A stretch of 64,000 bases of DNA. Origin: Camelus ferus (lineage: Eukaryota). The DNA lies in assembly GCF_009834535.1 (NCBI RefSeq), contig NC_045696.1:116376001-116440000 (forward strand). The letters run 5' to 3'. The position numbers and the translations under genes are program-made. This document shows, piece by piece, positions 24,712-38,420 of the stretch (position 1 is its first letter; each line of letters opens with the position of its first letter). The notes beneath the pieces are model-generated. The model did not search any database. It worked only from the letters and a program-made list of their open reading frames with translations, and was not told the origin of the DNA.

Positions 24712-26170
24712 TTTTATTTTCATTAGCTTTCTTGAGATAGCATTCAAAAGCACACGTCACCCGGTCAAGCGTGCACACTGTTCGGTGGGTTTTAGTGCAC
24801 TCACTGACACGTGCACCCTTCACCACAGTTTTTGTCACCTCAGAAAGAAACCCAGCACCTTTAGTAACCAGCCCCTCCTCCTGTTTCTCTAGGTCTAACC
24901 TCCAGTGGGTCTCTACGTGTTTTCCCATTCCGGACGTCCTGTAGCAGTGGAATCACACAGTGTGTGTTCTCTTCTGACTGGCTTCTTTCACTTAGCACGT
25001 TTTGGAGGTTCTGCCACGTTGTAACATGTTAGTACGCTTCCCTTCTTATTGCTAAACAATATTCCACAGCATAGATAGACCACATTTTGCTTATCCCCTT
25101 ATCAGCGGATAGCCATGGGAGTTGTTTCCACTTTTTGCCTATTATGAATAATGTGGGCGTGCACACTGTGTGTACAAGTTTTTGTGTGGACATGCTTGCA
25201 CTTCTTTGGGGTATATACCCAGGAGTTAAATTGCTGGGTTATTAGGTAACTCTGCATTCAACCATGTGAGGAATTGCCAAACTATTTTCCAAAGTGGCTG
25301 CACAACTTCACTATCCTGCCAGTGATGTATGAGTGTTTTAATTTTTACATTCTCCTAACACTGTCTCTGATTCTGCCTTTCTCAGGTATGAAGTGGTATC
25401 TTGCTGTGATTTTCACTTGCACTTTCTGATGACTAATGATGACAAATACTTCTTGATATGCTTATCAGTCATTTGAATATCTCCCCTTGAGAAATCTCTA
25501 TTCGAATCTCTTGTCCGTTTTTAATTGGGTTATTTGTCTACTGTTGAGTTGGAAAGTTTCTTTTTATATTCTGGATACAAGTCCCTTATCAGATATAAAA
25601 TTACGAAATATTACATTTCCTTTAATTCTATGTCTTGTTTTTCTCTTTCTTGATGTCCTTTGAAGTAAGAAAATTTTAATTTTGACAAAATACAATTTCT
25701 CAACTATGCTGTTGTTGCTTTTAGTTTTGGTGTCAAACGTAAGAGACCACTGCTTAATCCAAGGTCACAAAAATTTACAGCAGTGTTTTCTTCTAGATGT
25801 ACAGTTTTATCTTTTATACTCAGCTCTAGGACACATTTTGAGTTACTTTTGTATGTGTGACGGGGTAGGAGTCCAACTTTACTCTCTTGTATGTTAATAT
25901 ACTGTTGTCTTAGCACCAACTGCTAAAAAGATTATTTTTCCCCGTTGAATTGTCTTGTCAATCTTCTTGAAAATCAACTGGCCAGTGTAAAGGTTTCGAG
26001 CTGAAGTCTTAATTCTATTCTATCTGTCCCTAGGCCAGTACCATACTGTCTTGAAAGCTGGAGCTTTGTAGTAGGTTTTGAAACTTGTTAAGTGTGAGTC
26101 TCCAGCTCTGTTTTATTTTTCCAGGTATTTTTGCCTATTTTGGGTCTCCTGCTTTTCCATATGAATTTTA
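24712..26170 (-). mobile_element. old LINE-1 (L1M-type) in PP2D1 intron 2
   Basis: Antisense L1 ORF2/3'UTR phrases (GGGTATATACCCAGGAG, TTTTCCAAAGTGGCTGCAC, CCATATGAATTTTA). Confidence 0.75.
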
Positions 26171-27005
26171 AGTTAAAAGCTAGCTTTTGCTCTTGGCACA
26201 CTCTAGGATTCAGCCATTACTCTTTTGACCTGAGAATTCCTTACTTTCTTACCAGCTCATCAAATTATATGACTTAAAAGTGTATGTGTTATCTGGGACA
26301 TTTTCTTATCCTCAGTGGAAGGGTCAGTCTAAGACCCATACTGGTGCATTACTGTTCCTTCCTAATAGTTGAGTATTTAGTGTATCTGCTATTCCAGTGT
26401 CTTTATGTCTAGATTATACATATTTGTTAACAATTCCTTTTAATGAGGCCCTGTAAACTACTTTCCCTAGCGTCCTAGCGTTCTGTCCCATGAGCTCACT
26501 CTAGAGCCAGAGGCCAAGCAAGCATGGCTTAGCCAAGACTTCTCTCTTCCTCACAATTCCTTAGTTGTTCCTCAAGCCCCCTTCCTTCTCTTCTTCTCAA
26601 GGTTACCAAGTGACTACTTTAACGAATCCTCACAACCTCTGAGGGTAAGAAGTCACATTTTAATACACGAGGACTGAGCCTCACCAAAGCCTTATATGAG
26701 GTTACACTGTTAGCGAGTGAGCCAGGACTCAGTCTCATTATTCAAGTGAACACCAGCAGCTTCCTGTTTTTAAGGTGTCCCTTCATTCTTAGGTGGTCTT
26801 CATCTTCCTCACTCACAACTGGTGCTGTATTTGCAGATTTTAGAATTTTTTTAAATTTTCCTATCTAGATTTGTGATTGTTCTGAAAGATGTGAATATTT
26901 CTGCTCACTCATAGTGGTTTAATAAGTTGCTTTTAAAATTATTTCCAGCCCTATCCTTTTTCTCCAAAACCTAATTCAGCTCTAGAATCACCTTATCTTA
27001 CGTAG

Positions 27006-27018
27006 GGAAAAAAAAAAA

Positions 27019-27070
<52 letters not shown>
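27006..27070. repeat. poly-A, (AT)n and (AC)n compound microsatellite
   Basis: Direct reading of the sequence. Confidence 0.95.
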
Positions 27071-30000
27071 TTACCTTTTATAGACTTAACCTTCCCCATC
27101 TTCCTTTTTTTTTGCGATATACTGATGGTGGATTCACATATATACAAATCTGATTCTGAGAACACAATCAACACATATTTGATAGACAGGACTGTTAGGC
27201 TCCAGATGGAAAACAGTGAATATGAGTTCCATGCTCACCCATCTTACAAAACAAAGGGATCTTTTGAACATACAGTGAAAACCAGCTCCATATCAAAAAG
27301 GCGCTCATGCTAATCAGCAGTAGGAAGAGTCATAAACCTGATGCCTATGCACACAATTTCAGCTTCTTCTGCCAAAATTAGAGTCCTGAAGAAAAACTGG
27401 ATGTAGGCTGTTTTCCTGATCTCATTTACATGCACTCCAACCATGCCTCCCTCTTAGGTACACCTCACTAGGGTTTACGTTTCCTTAGTTTATGCTCCTT
27501 TTTCTTCCTCCAGTAACTATCTCCTCATTTCCTAAGTTCCTGCTCCCTACTCCCTTAAGCCTGTAATTCTTAGTAAGGCTTTCCTTACAAGTTTTTTAAA
27601 TGGGTCTGAAATGAAACACTTCAAGCTTCCCCTCCATCTCTTTCGGACAGCCCCTCTTCCGCTGCTTTCCCCCTTCACTGGAACACAAAGCAAAAGAAAC
27701 TTTACCAGCTACCTACTTACTAAATTCTTCTTAAATCCTCACAATAACCTTGACAAAAAATAACATTGCAGGCGGGAAACTGCTACTCAGGGAAATAGAG
27801 TGACTTAATGAAGGTCACACAGACAAAATTGGGGTTTAGAGGCCAACTGTATCAGGCCCCCAGGTTTTCCTCTTCCCCAGGCTGCTGCATCCACACCAAG
27901 CCACCTTTTTTTTCACCCCTGGACACTCATGTATCCAAGTGATGCTTCCTTTTTTTTACCACCGCATAAAATTTTTCGTCCTCTTTTCCTCCAGTACTTT
28001 CTTAAAGCTTTCCTGTTATTTTCAACAGTAAAGGACCTTGATGGCCTTATCTGGAAAAAAGTATTGATCTTGCCCACTCAGATCTAGAGGTCCCTCTGAG
28101 GTGCAGAGGAACACCCTTCCTTTTCATAAAACTAGGGACAACCCAGTAACCGCAGGAGGCAGTTACACCATTGCCTCCCGCGTAAGGAACACTTCGCCTG
28201 ACTATACGGATATGCCCTCTTAAGAAAGGCCTAAATATCACCTCACAGCAGCTCTTTTTAAATTCCCATTTGATTAATGTCCCCAAACATGCTGTCTCTC
28301 TAGTAACCCTGTTCCACCTTGGTTCTGATAAGTTTCTGAAGGGCACGATCTCTCCAACTATTAAAAGATGGTAACTTTATGTCAGGAATTTGAATTCTCA
28401 TTTATGCTCAGATTTATTAAAATTTTTGCCTAAGGGTCTTCATCACGGTTCACTGCTTAGTCTCATTTCCTTCAAACAGATGTTACACGAACCCTTCTTT
28501 AGAGCAAATCTAGCCTCTCTTTTCCTTCAGTGACACATGGACATATAGTGTTATTTTTAAATCTTCATCTATTCTCGCTTTCAGCTTTCACCTGCTTTCA
28601 ACAGCCCCATTTGCAGCTGACAGCATATGCAACCTGAGGGTCAGGAAATAAAACTATTAACTGCACATTCACTGTTTCCTCAAGTCTATTCCATGAATAC
28701 TCTTCCAAAATAATCTTACTTATCCTCTTATGTCCTGGGCTATGCATGAAGAGCTGAGAAACACCGGGCACCTCTCTGTCATTTCCTCTTTCCTTCATGC
28801 AAATTCACACAGGTAAAGATGTGAGCTATCTGGAAGGCACAATTTATCAGGATGAATAAACTGTCAAAGAAATTAAATAACTCACTTAGTAAGTCAGGCA
28901 CAGCAAGTCAATGGTAGAGCAAAAACTGCAGCCATTACTTAAGGTCCCCATTTTCTAGAAAATTTTATTGTGCTGATCACAAGGGATGTCCACAATAATA
29001 AAATCAACCAAAATGGCATTTCCTACTCTATAGCACAGCAATTAAAAAAAAAAAAAAGACAAATAGTAAGTACATAAGCTCTCTGCAGAGGCAACTAAAA
29101 TCAAAATACCAATTTACTACCCTTTCACTGTAACTGCATAATCGTATTAAGTTCTTTCCAAATCACACGGAGGAGAAACAATGCCTTTTCTTCTTGCTGA
29201 GTGAGCTTTGGCTTGCCACATGCAAATAAAACATGTAGGCAGTCAGTGGACTTGACTATTTTGAGCCAAATTATGTCCCCTGTGTTTTCAGAGCTATGGG
29301 TGTACTATTTATACGTGTAGGTACACATACAAAGAAATTTTCTAATTTAAAAGGGGAACGGAACCAAATGTTCTCCTAATAAAACAATTCACTTTACCCA
29401 GTTGGCATGTTCAACACCAATCCATGCTGCTTTGCTGCTACAGTAACAATTTACAGCTCAGCAAAAGTCAACAATTATCTTACTGATTCACCTTCTACAG
29501 AGTGTAAACTTAGCATGACTGGCAGAGAAGTTAATAGAAAATATTAATAATCAAACCACAAAGAAATAAAAGAGGTCACACAGTTTTGAGGACTACATCA
29601 TTCATAGTTATTAGGGTTCCAAAACACTTTCCACTACATTGTACCCTCTTTGGTCCCGTCCAATTGCTCAGATATTAACAATTCCCATTATGTAAATAAG
29701 CCAATAGGCTCACCCCTATGCCTGCCACGAACGCTTCACCAACTTAGGCTCTGATCGACCATATTAGTGGGGTGAACCTTAGCCTTCTGAAATCTATATC
29801 CTTTACCTAAAACATCAGGGGATTAGAAATGAAGGCCTGCAGCACAAAATTCTGATTCCAGGTACAGAGTTTCAAATCAGAATATTCTAATGTAAATTTT
29901 CCTATGATTCCAGAAATTTTAATTCTCAAAGGTATTATATACAATTATGTTCCTGAAGACTTGGGGAAAATCAATTTTCCCTAACAAGCTAAAAAAATTC

Positions 30001-30798
30001 TGAGTCTTTTTTTTTTTTGTATGCCAAAGGAAACTGGTAATACAACCACCCTTCAGTCTGTTCAGAGCATTGTGCTCAGATTTGCTTAAGATTTCAATAA
30101 AGCACACATCACGGGTTCACCTGAACCATGAACAAACTAGTCAGCTTTTTAAGATTTCAGTTTTCAATCAAGAGGTTTTAATGTTGGCTAGCTATTATCC
30201 ATTTAAAACAATGATATGTTTTCTTCACAGAGCTGACTTTCCTTCTTTTTAACACAAATAGCAAGCCTAGTAAGACGGACTAACAGTGGCATTCTCACAC
30301 ACACCTACAATCCATTCAGGTTTTAACTCTGACCAGTTAAAAAATTATCAAACTCCACTCTTAAATTTAAGTCAGTTTGTGTTTTTAATTGAAAAGGCAT
30401 TTATTAAAACATTTAAAAATGTCTGCTCTATGGAAGATATGTTGGTTATAAAAACGTTCAATTCTTGACACTACCAATATATGTAACACTCAGAGGCTGT
30501 TTCATAAAAAAAAAATTACTTCTTTTTCATTACCTGTAGTTTTAGTTATTTTAATACTAAATGCAGTATTTTTAACACTAAGTTGCTTAAAAAGGAGGAA
30601 TAAACTGGCCTCCTCGTTTGATATCTGAATTACTGTGTATCTTCTAATAATGGTATCAATATTACACATATTTAAAAAAATATTTTTAAATGACCTGCTT
30701 TCTGTTTATGTACTGAAACAAATCTATGAAGTTGACAGCATGCTTTGACACGATTGATTATAAATCTCTAGGATCAATTTTTTAAAATAATCTTTTAG

Positions 30799-31571
30799 GT
30801 AACGTGCAAGCAGTCTTATGCAGAAATGGAAAAGGCTTTTGCCTAACCAAAGAACACACCATGCAAAACATAAATGAAAGAAGAAGAGTACTGCAGAACG
30901 GAGCAGTAAGTAGCTCAAATGAACCATATGGGCTTGTAGAAGAGCAAATAAAAACCACACGAGGACTTGGGTTTCATGGAAATCCCAAACTGAAAAAATT
31001 CATTATCCCAGCACCTCAAACTATTTCTGTCCCTATCGATGACTTATGTCAATTCCTTATCTTAGCTACCAATGGGCTCTGGGAAGTTCTGGATATAAAG
31101 GAAGCCACTGCACTGACAATGACAGCATTTCACGTGTATACAGAAACACGTTCTACCACAGGAAACAAACTGTCAACATCCACGGGGCCCCTGCTTTCCC
31201 CAATCAACGAACAAAACGCATCTAAATCAGAAACCAATATCCACATAGTATTTCAGAGCAAATCTGAATTTGAAGAATGTGTGTCAACTACAAATTCAAA
31301 AGAAAGGTCGGACTCAAAAGATTCTGAACATTTCACTTGTAACCCTGGTCCCTGCAGTGAGAAAGAAACTGATGAACCAACCAGCATGGACAGTGTGCCA
31401 AAAGATGCAAGTGACAAAGAAAAAAAATCTTACCATAAGAGTTTCTACGAAGGAGCTGCTGAGTACATTAGCCGTGAACTTGTGAACGCTGCTTTAGCGG
31501 CTGGCTCCAGAGACAACATTACAGTTATGGTAATACTGCTCAGCGGAAGTGAGTATCAGTTTCAAATGTAA
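30799..31571 (+). CDS. PP2D1: PP2D1 coding exon 3; spliced CDS 23+1061+773 = 1857 nt = 618 aa
   Basis: tcttttag|GT AAC GTG acceptor in phase with exon 2; PP2C motifs TRGLG, FLILATNGLWE, GSRDNITVMVI; stop TAA 31569-31571. Confidence 0.92.
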
Positions 31572-31764
31572 AAGTTAAAGTTTAGATTATCCAGAGAACA
31601 GAAACATGAAGACAGTTCTTCAATGAACCAGATACTAAGACAATACATCAATATCACGCAAATCATTTTAAAGAATGTAGTGAAGAAAATACAAAAGCAT
31701 ATTCTAGGTGATGCGATACCATTTATGTATGTGCATTGTTTCATGCCAAAAAAGAGAGAAAAAC

Positions 31765-33091
31765 CAGCACTTGCTTTTCATACCACTTTATTCCAACCTG
31801 AGCACCTCAATATAAAACTAAACACTGGTGAACTGTTGTCCTTGCTAACTCTGAATGACTGTAAATGGACAAGTTCGGCTAGCAGTTCAACACTTAAATA
31901 GATTAAATCATCTCCAACACATGGTAGATTTCATGTAACGAAAATACCTAAAACAATTAGTGCAATATACTGAACTGATCAAAATAAAATGAACTTTGGA
32001 AAACAAGGCTGCAAGATTGTTACTAACATATCCAATACTTATGTTACAAATTACCGGTACATTGTTTATTATGGTTCTAACCAGGTAGGAACAACTGAAG
32101 CCCCTTCCTTTCAAAGAGGCAGAGAAGGAAAAAATTAGCTGTTTTAGTAACTGTACATTTTGTATACTTTTAAGCAACTCTTAAATATTACAGAAAAGTA
32201 ATAAACATACATGGAGACTACAATGCAGTACCCTATTTACAGTACAGCTGAAGATCAAATTTAAAATAATCAAGTTTGAATGTACATAATTGTTAGTGCA
32301 TTGACTATATTTATGTCCAAAGGGCACAAAAGCCCCCTCCCTACCCCCAAACAACAAAACCTATGTAATGGCCAGCAGTGATTAAACAGAAATCAGACAC
32401 CTGGTTTCATTTTTGTTGAAGAGCTCACATGTTTGAAGGGAACACCATCCTTTAAGATGCATTTTTATCAGTTTTCATATTCCTAAAACAAGATGGGATT
32501 ACATTTGATTTTTTTAAACCCCATTTGAAAAAATAACAGGATTGGCTATAATTTAGGTGCCACTAATATTCATTTCTCCCCCCAGAAAAGTGAGACTGTC
32601 TTCTTGTGGCTAATTTGTTAAAATGTGGAATGTATACTTTTAATATGGATCCTAAGAGAAATTATAGGTTGCCTGAATATGGTAGTTAAGCATAAATCTC
32701 TTTAGAACCTCCTTCTAAACAATGTTTTCTTGAAAAGCCCAAATGAGTAAGTTCCAAATCTTTTTCACAGAACTGGCTGGTTACCTGTGGGTTCAGAGTC
32801 ATCTGTCAATATCCCTGGTGAAGAGAAATGAGTCCCCCTAACCTTCCAAGGAAACAAGTTTACACAAAGCTCTCATTTCCCCCTTCCACTGCTGAAACAT
32901 TAGTCAGAGGGCCACATGCATGTTATTAAAAATTAAGTTCAAAACACTTAAAATAATTCTGTATTAGAAACTTGACTCTATCGTAAGTCTCTTCTTTTTG
33001 GAAGTCATACTGGGCTGGTTAAATGCTCCAATTCCACTGTTATTAACATTTAGGAAGCAGAAGAATATTCCAGCTAGTTTAAACTGGAGGT
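31765..33091 (-). other. RAB5A: RAB5A 3'UTR with AATAAA at 32070-32065 and 31792-31787
   Basis: Repeat-free AT-rich sequence after the stop codon; TTTATT hexamers on the plus strand; 3' end approximate. Confidence 0.7.
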
Positions 33092-33207
33092 TTAGTTACT
33101 ACAACACTGACTCCTGGTTGGCTGTGTGGGTTCAGTAAGGTCTACTCCTCTTCCTCTGGCAGAATTTGCTCCTGGATTCTGTGGTTCATTCTTTGGCAAC
33201 TTTTTAG
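33092..33207 (-). CDS. RAB5A: RAB5A last coding exon ([13 protein letters not shown]...SQCCSN*)
   Basis: ttacag|CT AAA AAG acceptor, 116 nt, C-terminal CCSN geranylgeranylation motif, TAA. Confidence 0.96.
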
Positions 33208-34975
33208 CTGTAAGATAAATTATCAAAACAAACGCCATTAGAATATTCACAAGAGAATTACTTTATTTGCTTACTTGTAATCTTTCTTTCCAGTTAGGTT
33301 ACCCCTAAGTGTCATATAACCATGTGTTCACTGTTTTCAAATGTTTACTAAGTATCTCTGAAATACCAAAACACTGATCACTGTCCTTAGGGAGTTTAGT
33401 AGGTTGAGGGAAGGGTAAAACTGAGCCAGTTGAAGACACATAATTAAAACTTGACTAGAGATATATTTAATTTTTTGTATAGAGTCATTAAACAATACCA
33501 GAAAAAGTTGTACTTTATTTCATCATCATTATTACTACTGTTATTTAAAGAATACCTAAGTTACTAAAGATAATGACCAGCCAATGTGTTTATAATCAAG
33601 AAGCTCAGCCCCTACCCATCAGAGATGTCTGGACTGCCACAAACTTTTTGGAACAAGTCAGGATATAAACAAATACCATCTCCAGTGGAACTTGTCCTCT
33701 ACTATGCAAATTATTACCCCAACTCATGACAGATCACAGCTCCTGTTTTCTTCCTGGCTTACAGACTTCACTTCAAACGTCTATCATTTTCCTCTCTTGT
33801 GGCTAATTAAGAATTAGCTAATCTGATTCGTCAGTAGCTCTGCCTGATAAAAATGGACTTGATCCTGACAGCTCTATTTAAAAAAAAAAAAAAATTCCAA
33901 TTCTGAGTCAGATAACCATGGCCTGACACATTTGGAAAAAGCCCCACAACTGGCGGTTATGGCTTTCGCTTTGCTAAGCCCTGTAGTGCTAATGGCTGTT
34001 CTCTAGACTGTGGCTCCCACTAATTAGAAAATTTACATGCTAGATGTAGTCTGCCTGGACCCCAAGATCCTGGATGTGTTGGGATTTATTAAACATTAAA
34101 TACCTTTAAGAGCACATACTGTAAGGGTGGCTAGACATGCTGGTCTATCAACCATGGGGACAGACCACTACAGTAAGACTCCAGCTTTACCTTAGCCTTG
34201 GCTCAGGCTCCACAAAAGCCAAACATGCTCTACTTCAAAATCTAAATGCCTCGTTGTGTTCTGGATCTTTTACCCTTTATTTGTTGTAATATTCCACAAG
34301 AGCACTAATCCTCTTTAGAATCCTAGATGCTGGCTGGGCGCTGGATCTGGGAGCCAGGAGCGCTGAGGTTTGGGAAGAAGCGCCTTCACCCTTGGTCTAC
34401 TTCTCTAGGAATGGCTGTGGCAATGACAGTGTAAATGGTAACAAAATGGTAAATTTCTAGTCAAATGTATTTACAAAGTCTGGAGGGACAAAGAGTAGCT
34501 AGCATTATAACTTTACTATAATTAATACCAAGATAGGTTTTGGACTGAGTGACCATTTCTCCCTTTAGCATACTTCTCCAAGGGCTTTCTGTAATTAGAT
34601 GAGTGAAATTAGGAGGCTGAAAGAAATAAACTGGAATGAGGAGCCTTTAACTTCTATTGGTTAATTTTTATTGTGTGAAGATAAAGTAAAACACGCCTTT
34701 GGAGTCTCAAAAGAAGTAGTCTCCTGTCTCCTATCTTAAAGAGTGTTACCAAAGTGAAGCTGGCACTATCTGTTTTGTACATAAATAATTGCAGCTGATC
34801 AATCTGACTCTAAATTGATGAGCACTGTGAGAAGCTAAGTATCCTGAACCAAGTTAATGAAGATATGCAATGAAAGAAGCCACTCAAGACCTTATCAGAT
34901 TAAAAGCAGATGATAAATTTATTGTAGACTCTCTCCTACTAAACAAGTGGGAAGTCATCAAAAGTGAAAACATGA

Positions 34976-35198
34976 TAAACAGGGAGTTCAAGATTTGCAG
35001 ATATACACTATATATAAAATAGATAAACAGTAAGTTTATACTGTAAAGCACAGGGACCTATACTCAACATCTTGTGGTAACTTATAATGAAAAAGAATAT
35101 GAAAACAAATATATGTATGTATATTTATGACTGAAACATTATGCTGTACACCAGAAACTGACACAATATTGTAAACTGACTATACTTCAATTTAAAAA
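34976..35198 (+). mobile_element. 5'-truncated LINE-1 3' end in RAB5A last intron
   Basis: L1 3'UTR and A-tail with a perfect 16-bp TSD AAAAGTGAAAACATGA at 34960-34975 and 35199-35214. Confidence 0.88.
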
Positions 35199-36715
35199 AA
35201 AAGTGAAAACATGAGTTTACTATGTGATTTACTTAACTTACTAATAGAGAAGCCAGAATTCAATTTATACTTGAAGTTTCCTTCACGGAAAGAAACATTC
35301 TAATTTCAGAAACATAACCGAAAGCCCTAATATGTAAGCTACTTTCTGACTGAAAATATAACCTTATTAGCAAGTCTGAATAAAAGGTACAAATCAAATA
35401 AAGCCCATCTGGTGGAGCCTTAATATCATCAGAAAGATTTAAAGTTCAGCCTGATTTGAGGGACCTATTATCTCCTCGTTTCCTGTTACTTTTCAGATGT
35501 GGTTCTGGGTGTATAGTCTGTCTTATTTATTAAAGTATACACTGTCACATAATCCTTCACAACTGTGCTAGTATTTCCCTAATAAACTGCAAGTCTGAGT
35601 TTCTCAGGAAAATATTTTACCCAATAAACAGGCAAGTTTTTCCCTAAATGAAGCCACCATCTCGCTCATCTACCGGCAGCTCTTTCTCGGTTTTCTCTAG
35701 CCTCTGAATCAGCCTTTATACTGGTTAATTTGTAGGACTCCAATATAAAAGAATACTTTTTATTTGGGGACAAGGATGTGATCACCGCTGTACAATAAAA
35801 GATGCTATGGGATGAGATGAGTGCGTGGCACACGAACAGTGTGAAGGCAGGAGACAGGGAGAGCCACCAGAACAGACCTCTCCCTTAGAACCTGCACCTT
35901 ACAATTAGGAGAAGACTAGGGTCAATAAAAATGCATTTGTTATAGAAAAAAGGAAGCTTCCTTGTAAGTCCTCAAAGTCACGACCTATCATCAACCACTG
36001 TGTAGCAGTAATCATCAGCTGAGGGCACACAGAGGAAAGGGGAGAGCACAGTGAAGAACCAAACACCCTTGGCGGCAACGAAAAGAAAAGTGTGGGTGCC
36101 GCTCTGCCTTCCCTCCTCCTCTCTGAGCCTCAGTGCTCTGAGACTTTCTCCATCGCAATATTTGCACTAAAACACTCTGTCAACCTGTACACTTACGTGC
36201 ATTGTACTTGCCTGTCTTATGTTTGTCAATAATCAATGATTTAAAAAGAACTTGAAAAATAAACAAAAATAATGTTCTGTTCGGGGCAAAGGCAAGGTGA
36301 AAATAGTTACTGATCAGTGGGAAAGAAATCTCATTATGCCTACATGTTGCACTGAAAAAATTACTGAGTTTATCTTCCTTTTATATAAAAACTGTAATAG
36401 AAAAACATATTTATCCAAAATTTTCAGTGGTATCTTCAGAAAAATCTATCTGCTTGAGCCATCAGCTCAAAGTTCAGGCTCTCAACTCACCAGAAAAATT
36501 TTAACAAAGTGTTACAACCTAATGGGTAGTAATTTTTCAAATTTAACAATATACCTAACAAAGTAATGCTTTGTGGAGAAAATCTAGAATAGTAAGTAGT
36601 ATAACCATTAAAAAAAAAATCCAAGAATTGAAAAAAAGAAGACAGTCAAACCAAATGTACTCCCAGGTTAATCTGTTTTACCTGTATTTATTGTCTGCAA
36701 AAAAGTTAATCTTAC

Positions 36716-36809
36716 CTATTGCCATGAATATTTCATTTACATTCATTGATGTTTTAGCCGATGTCTCCATAAATAATAAACTGTTGTCATCTGCATAGGC
36801 CTGTGCTTC
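36716..36809 (-). CDS. RAB5A: RAB5A coding exon ([31 protein letters not shown])
   Basis: aaacag| acceptor, |gtaag donor, 94 nt, G5 motif ETSAK. Confidence 0.97.
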
Positions 36810-38297
36810 CTGTTTAGAGGATAAAAAATGAGACACATCTTTTGCACATACTATTACCACACATAGTATTGCATACAATCTTGTTACAGAAAAAAAGAGG
36901 CTTCCTTATTACTGCTCCAACTTGATCACCTAAAAGTGGCAACTGTGTAATAAGCAATTATTTCTAGTTAAAAGTAAAGCAAAGCTAAGAGTACTGTGAA
37001 GTCTATCATTCCTTTTTGCCGTAAGTTCCTGCACTATCCCATCCTGCACCTTCTGGTCGCACATTAAATCTGCCTTCAAATGGCAAGTTTGAGGCAGGGG
37101 CGATGATCCTATTCTAAATAAAACTCTCTGATCTCTGCAGCAATTTTACCTACGCTCATTATTTGCAATGAAGACAAAGGGGAAACCAAATCTTTAACAC
37201 TGGCTTCAACCACTAAATGGCACCCTTATATTTAATTCTGAATGACTTCCACAAGCAACATTTTAATTTTGAATATGTCATGACTCATTCCTTTGAAAAT
37301 TCTGTCACTACTCTACATTTCTATCGTGCTTCACAGTTTACATGTATTATTACCGCTGATCCTCACAGCTGTTGAGAAGAACAACCAATTATCTTCCTAA
37401 TTTGATTTAAAAAAAAAAAAAAAAAAGAGGTTCCTCTGCAATGTGGTGTGACAGGGCCACTTCTGACTAAGATTTAAGTGCTCCACCTACCACTCTGTGC
37501 TGGGGAGGGAGCTACCTTAGAAACAGTAGCAGATACTATACCTCACACGGCTCTCACCAGAATTAAAGGAAGCCACACGTGCAGCACGCTCAGTTTAATA
37601 CCTAATGGTGCAAGAAATATCACTGCCTCTCTCCCGGTGCAGGTGCTCCATCGTCAAAAAAGACAATTCTCTTATCACTGATATTATATGTATACTGGCC
37701 ACAACCAAACCTCTCTGGTAGAGAAAGTGAAGAGCCAGAGAACAGGAAGTTTAAAAGTGTCAAACTAGAGACATTTGTTTTGTTTTGAATGATTGTATTT
37801 TCTCTACTTTGCAGCAGCGAACACGCCTAATTAGCTACATTAGATAACATACAAATTGGATCTCTTAAAAGCCTTTATTTTTGAAGACCCCTTTAAAAAC
37901 AAACACATAGGTTGTACGTGTAAAAGTGAGTATGCACATATGTGTTGATATACAGATACATAAATTTAAAAAAATGTTAGGAATACTGACTTCTATGCAG
38001 GAGTGGAGGGATTAGGTCAAGAGGCAATCATCTTTTGCTTTGTATGTTTCTGCACTGTTTGTGAACAATTATTTCTTCTGTAATTGTTTAGGTCAACAAG
38101 ATCTTTGAATCAACATATATTATAATTACATAATGATATTTAAAAAATGCAGGTTTATCATGAGATTTTATTACATACAGTACATCACATTTCTTTAAAA
38201 GTGTTCTATTGTGCATGGTTTTAAAGTTGTAACTATAATTTAAGTGTGGATATGGAAGAAAAATATGTGCTTACAAGTGAAAGTTAATTCAACGTAC

Positions 38298-38420
38298 CTG
38301 GAAGTCCACAGCTCTTTTATTTGCGAGGTCAGCCTTATTTCCTGATAAAGCTATTACAATGTTAGGACTGGCTTGCCTCTGAAGTTCTTTAACCCAGTTT
38401 TTGGCTCTGGCAAAAGACTC
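38298..38420 (-). CDS. RAB5A: RAB5A coding exon ([41 protein letters not shown])
   Basis: tttctcag| acceptor, |gtacg donor, 123 nt, G4 motif NKAD. Confidence 0.97.
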
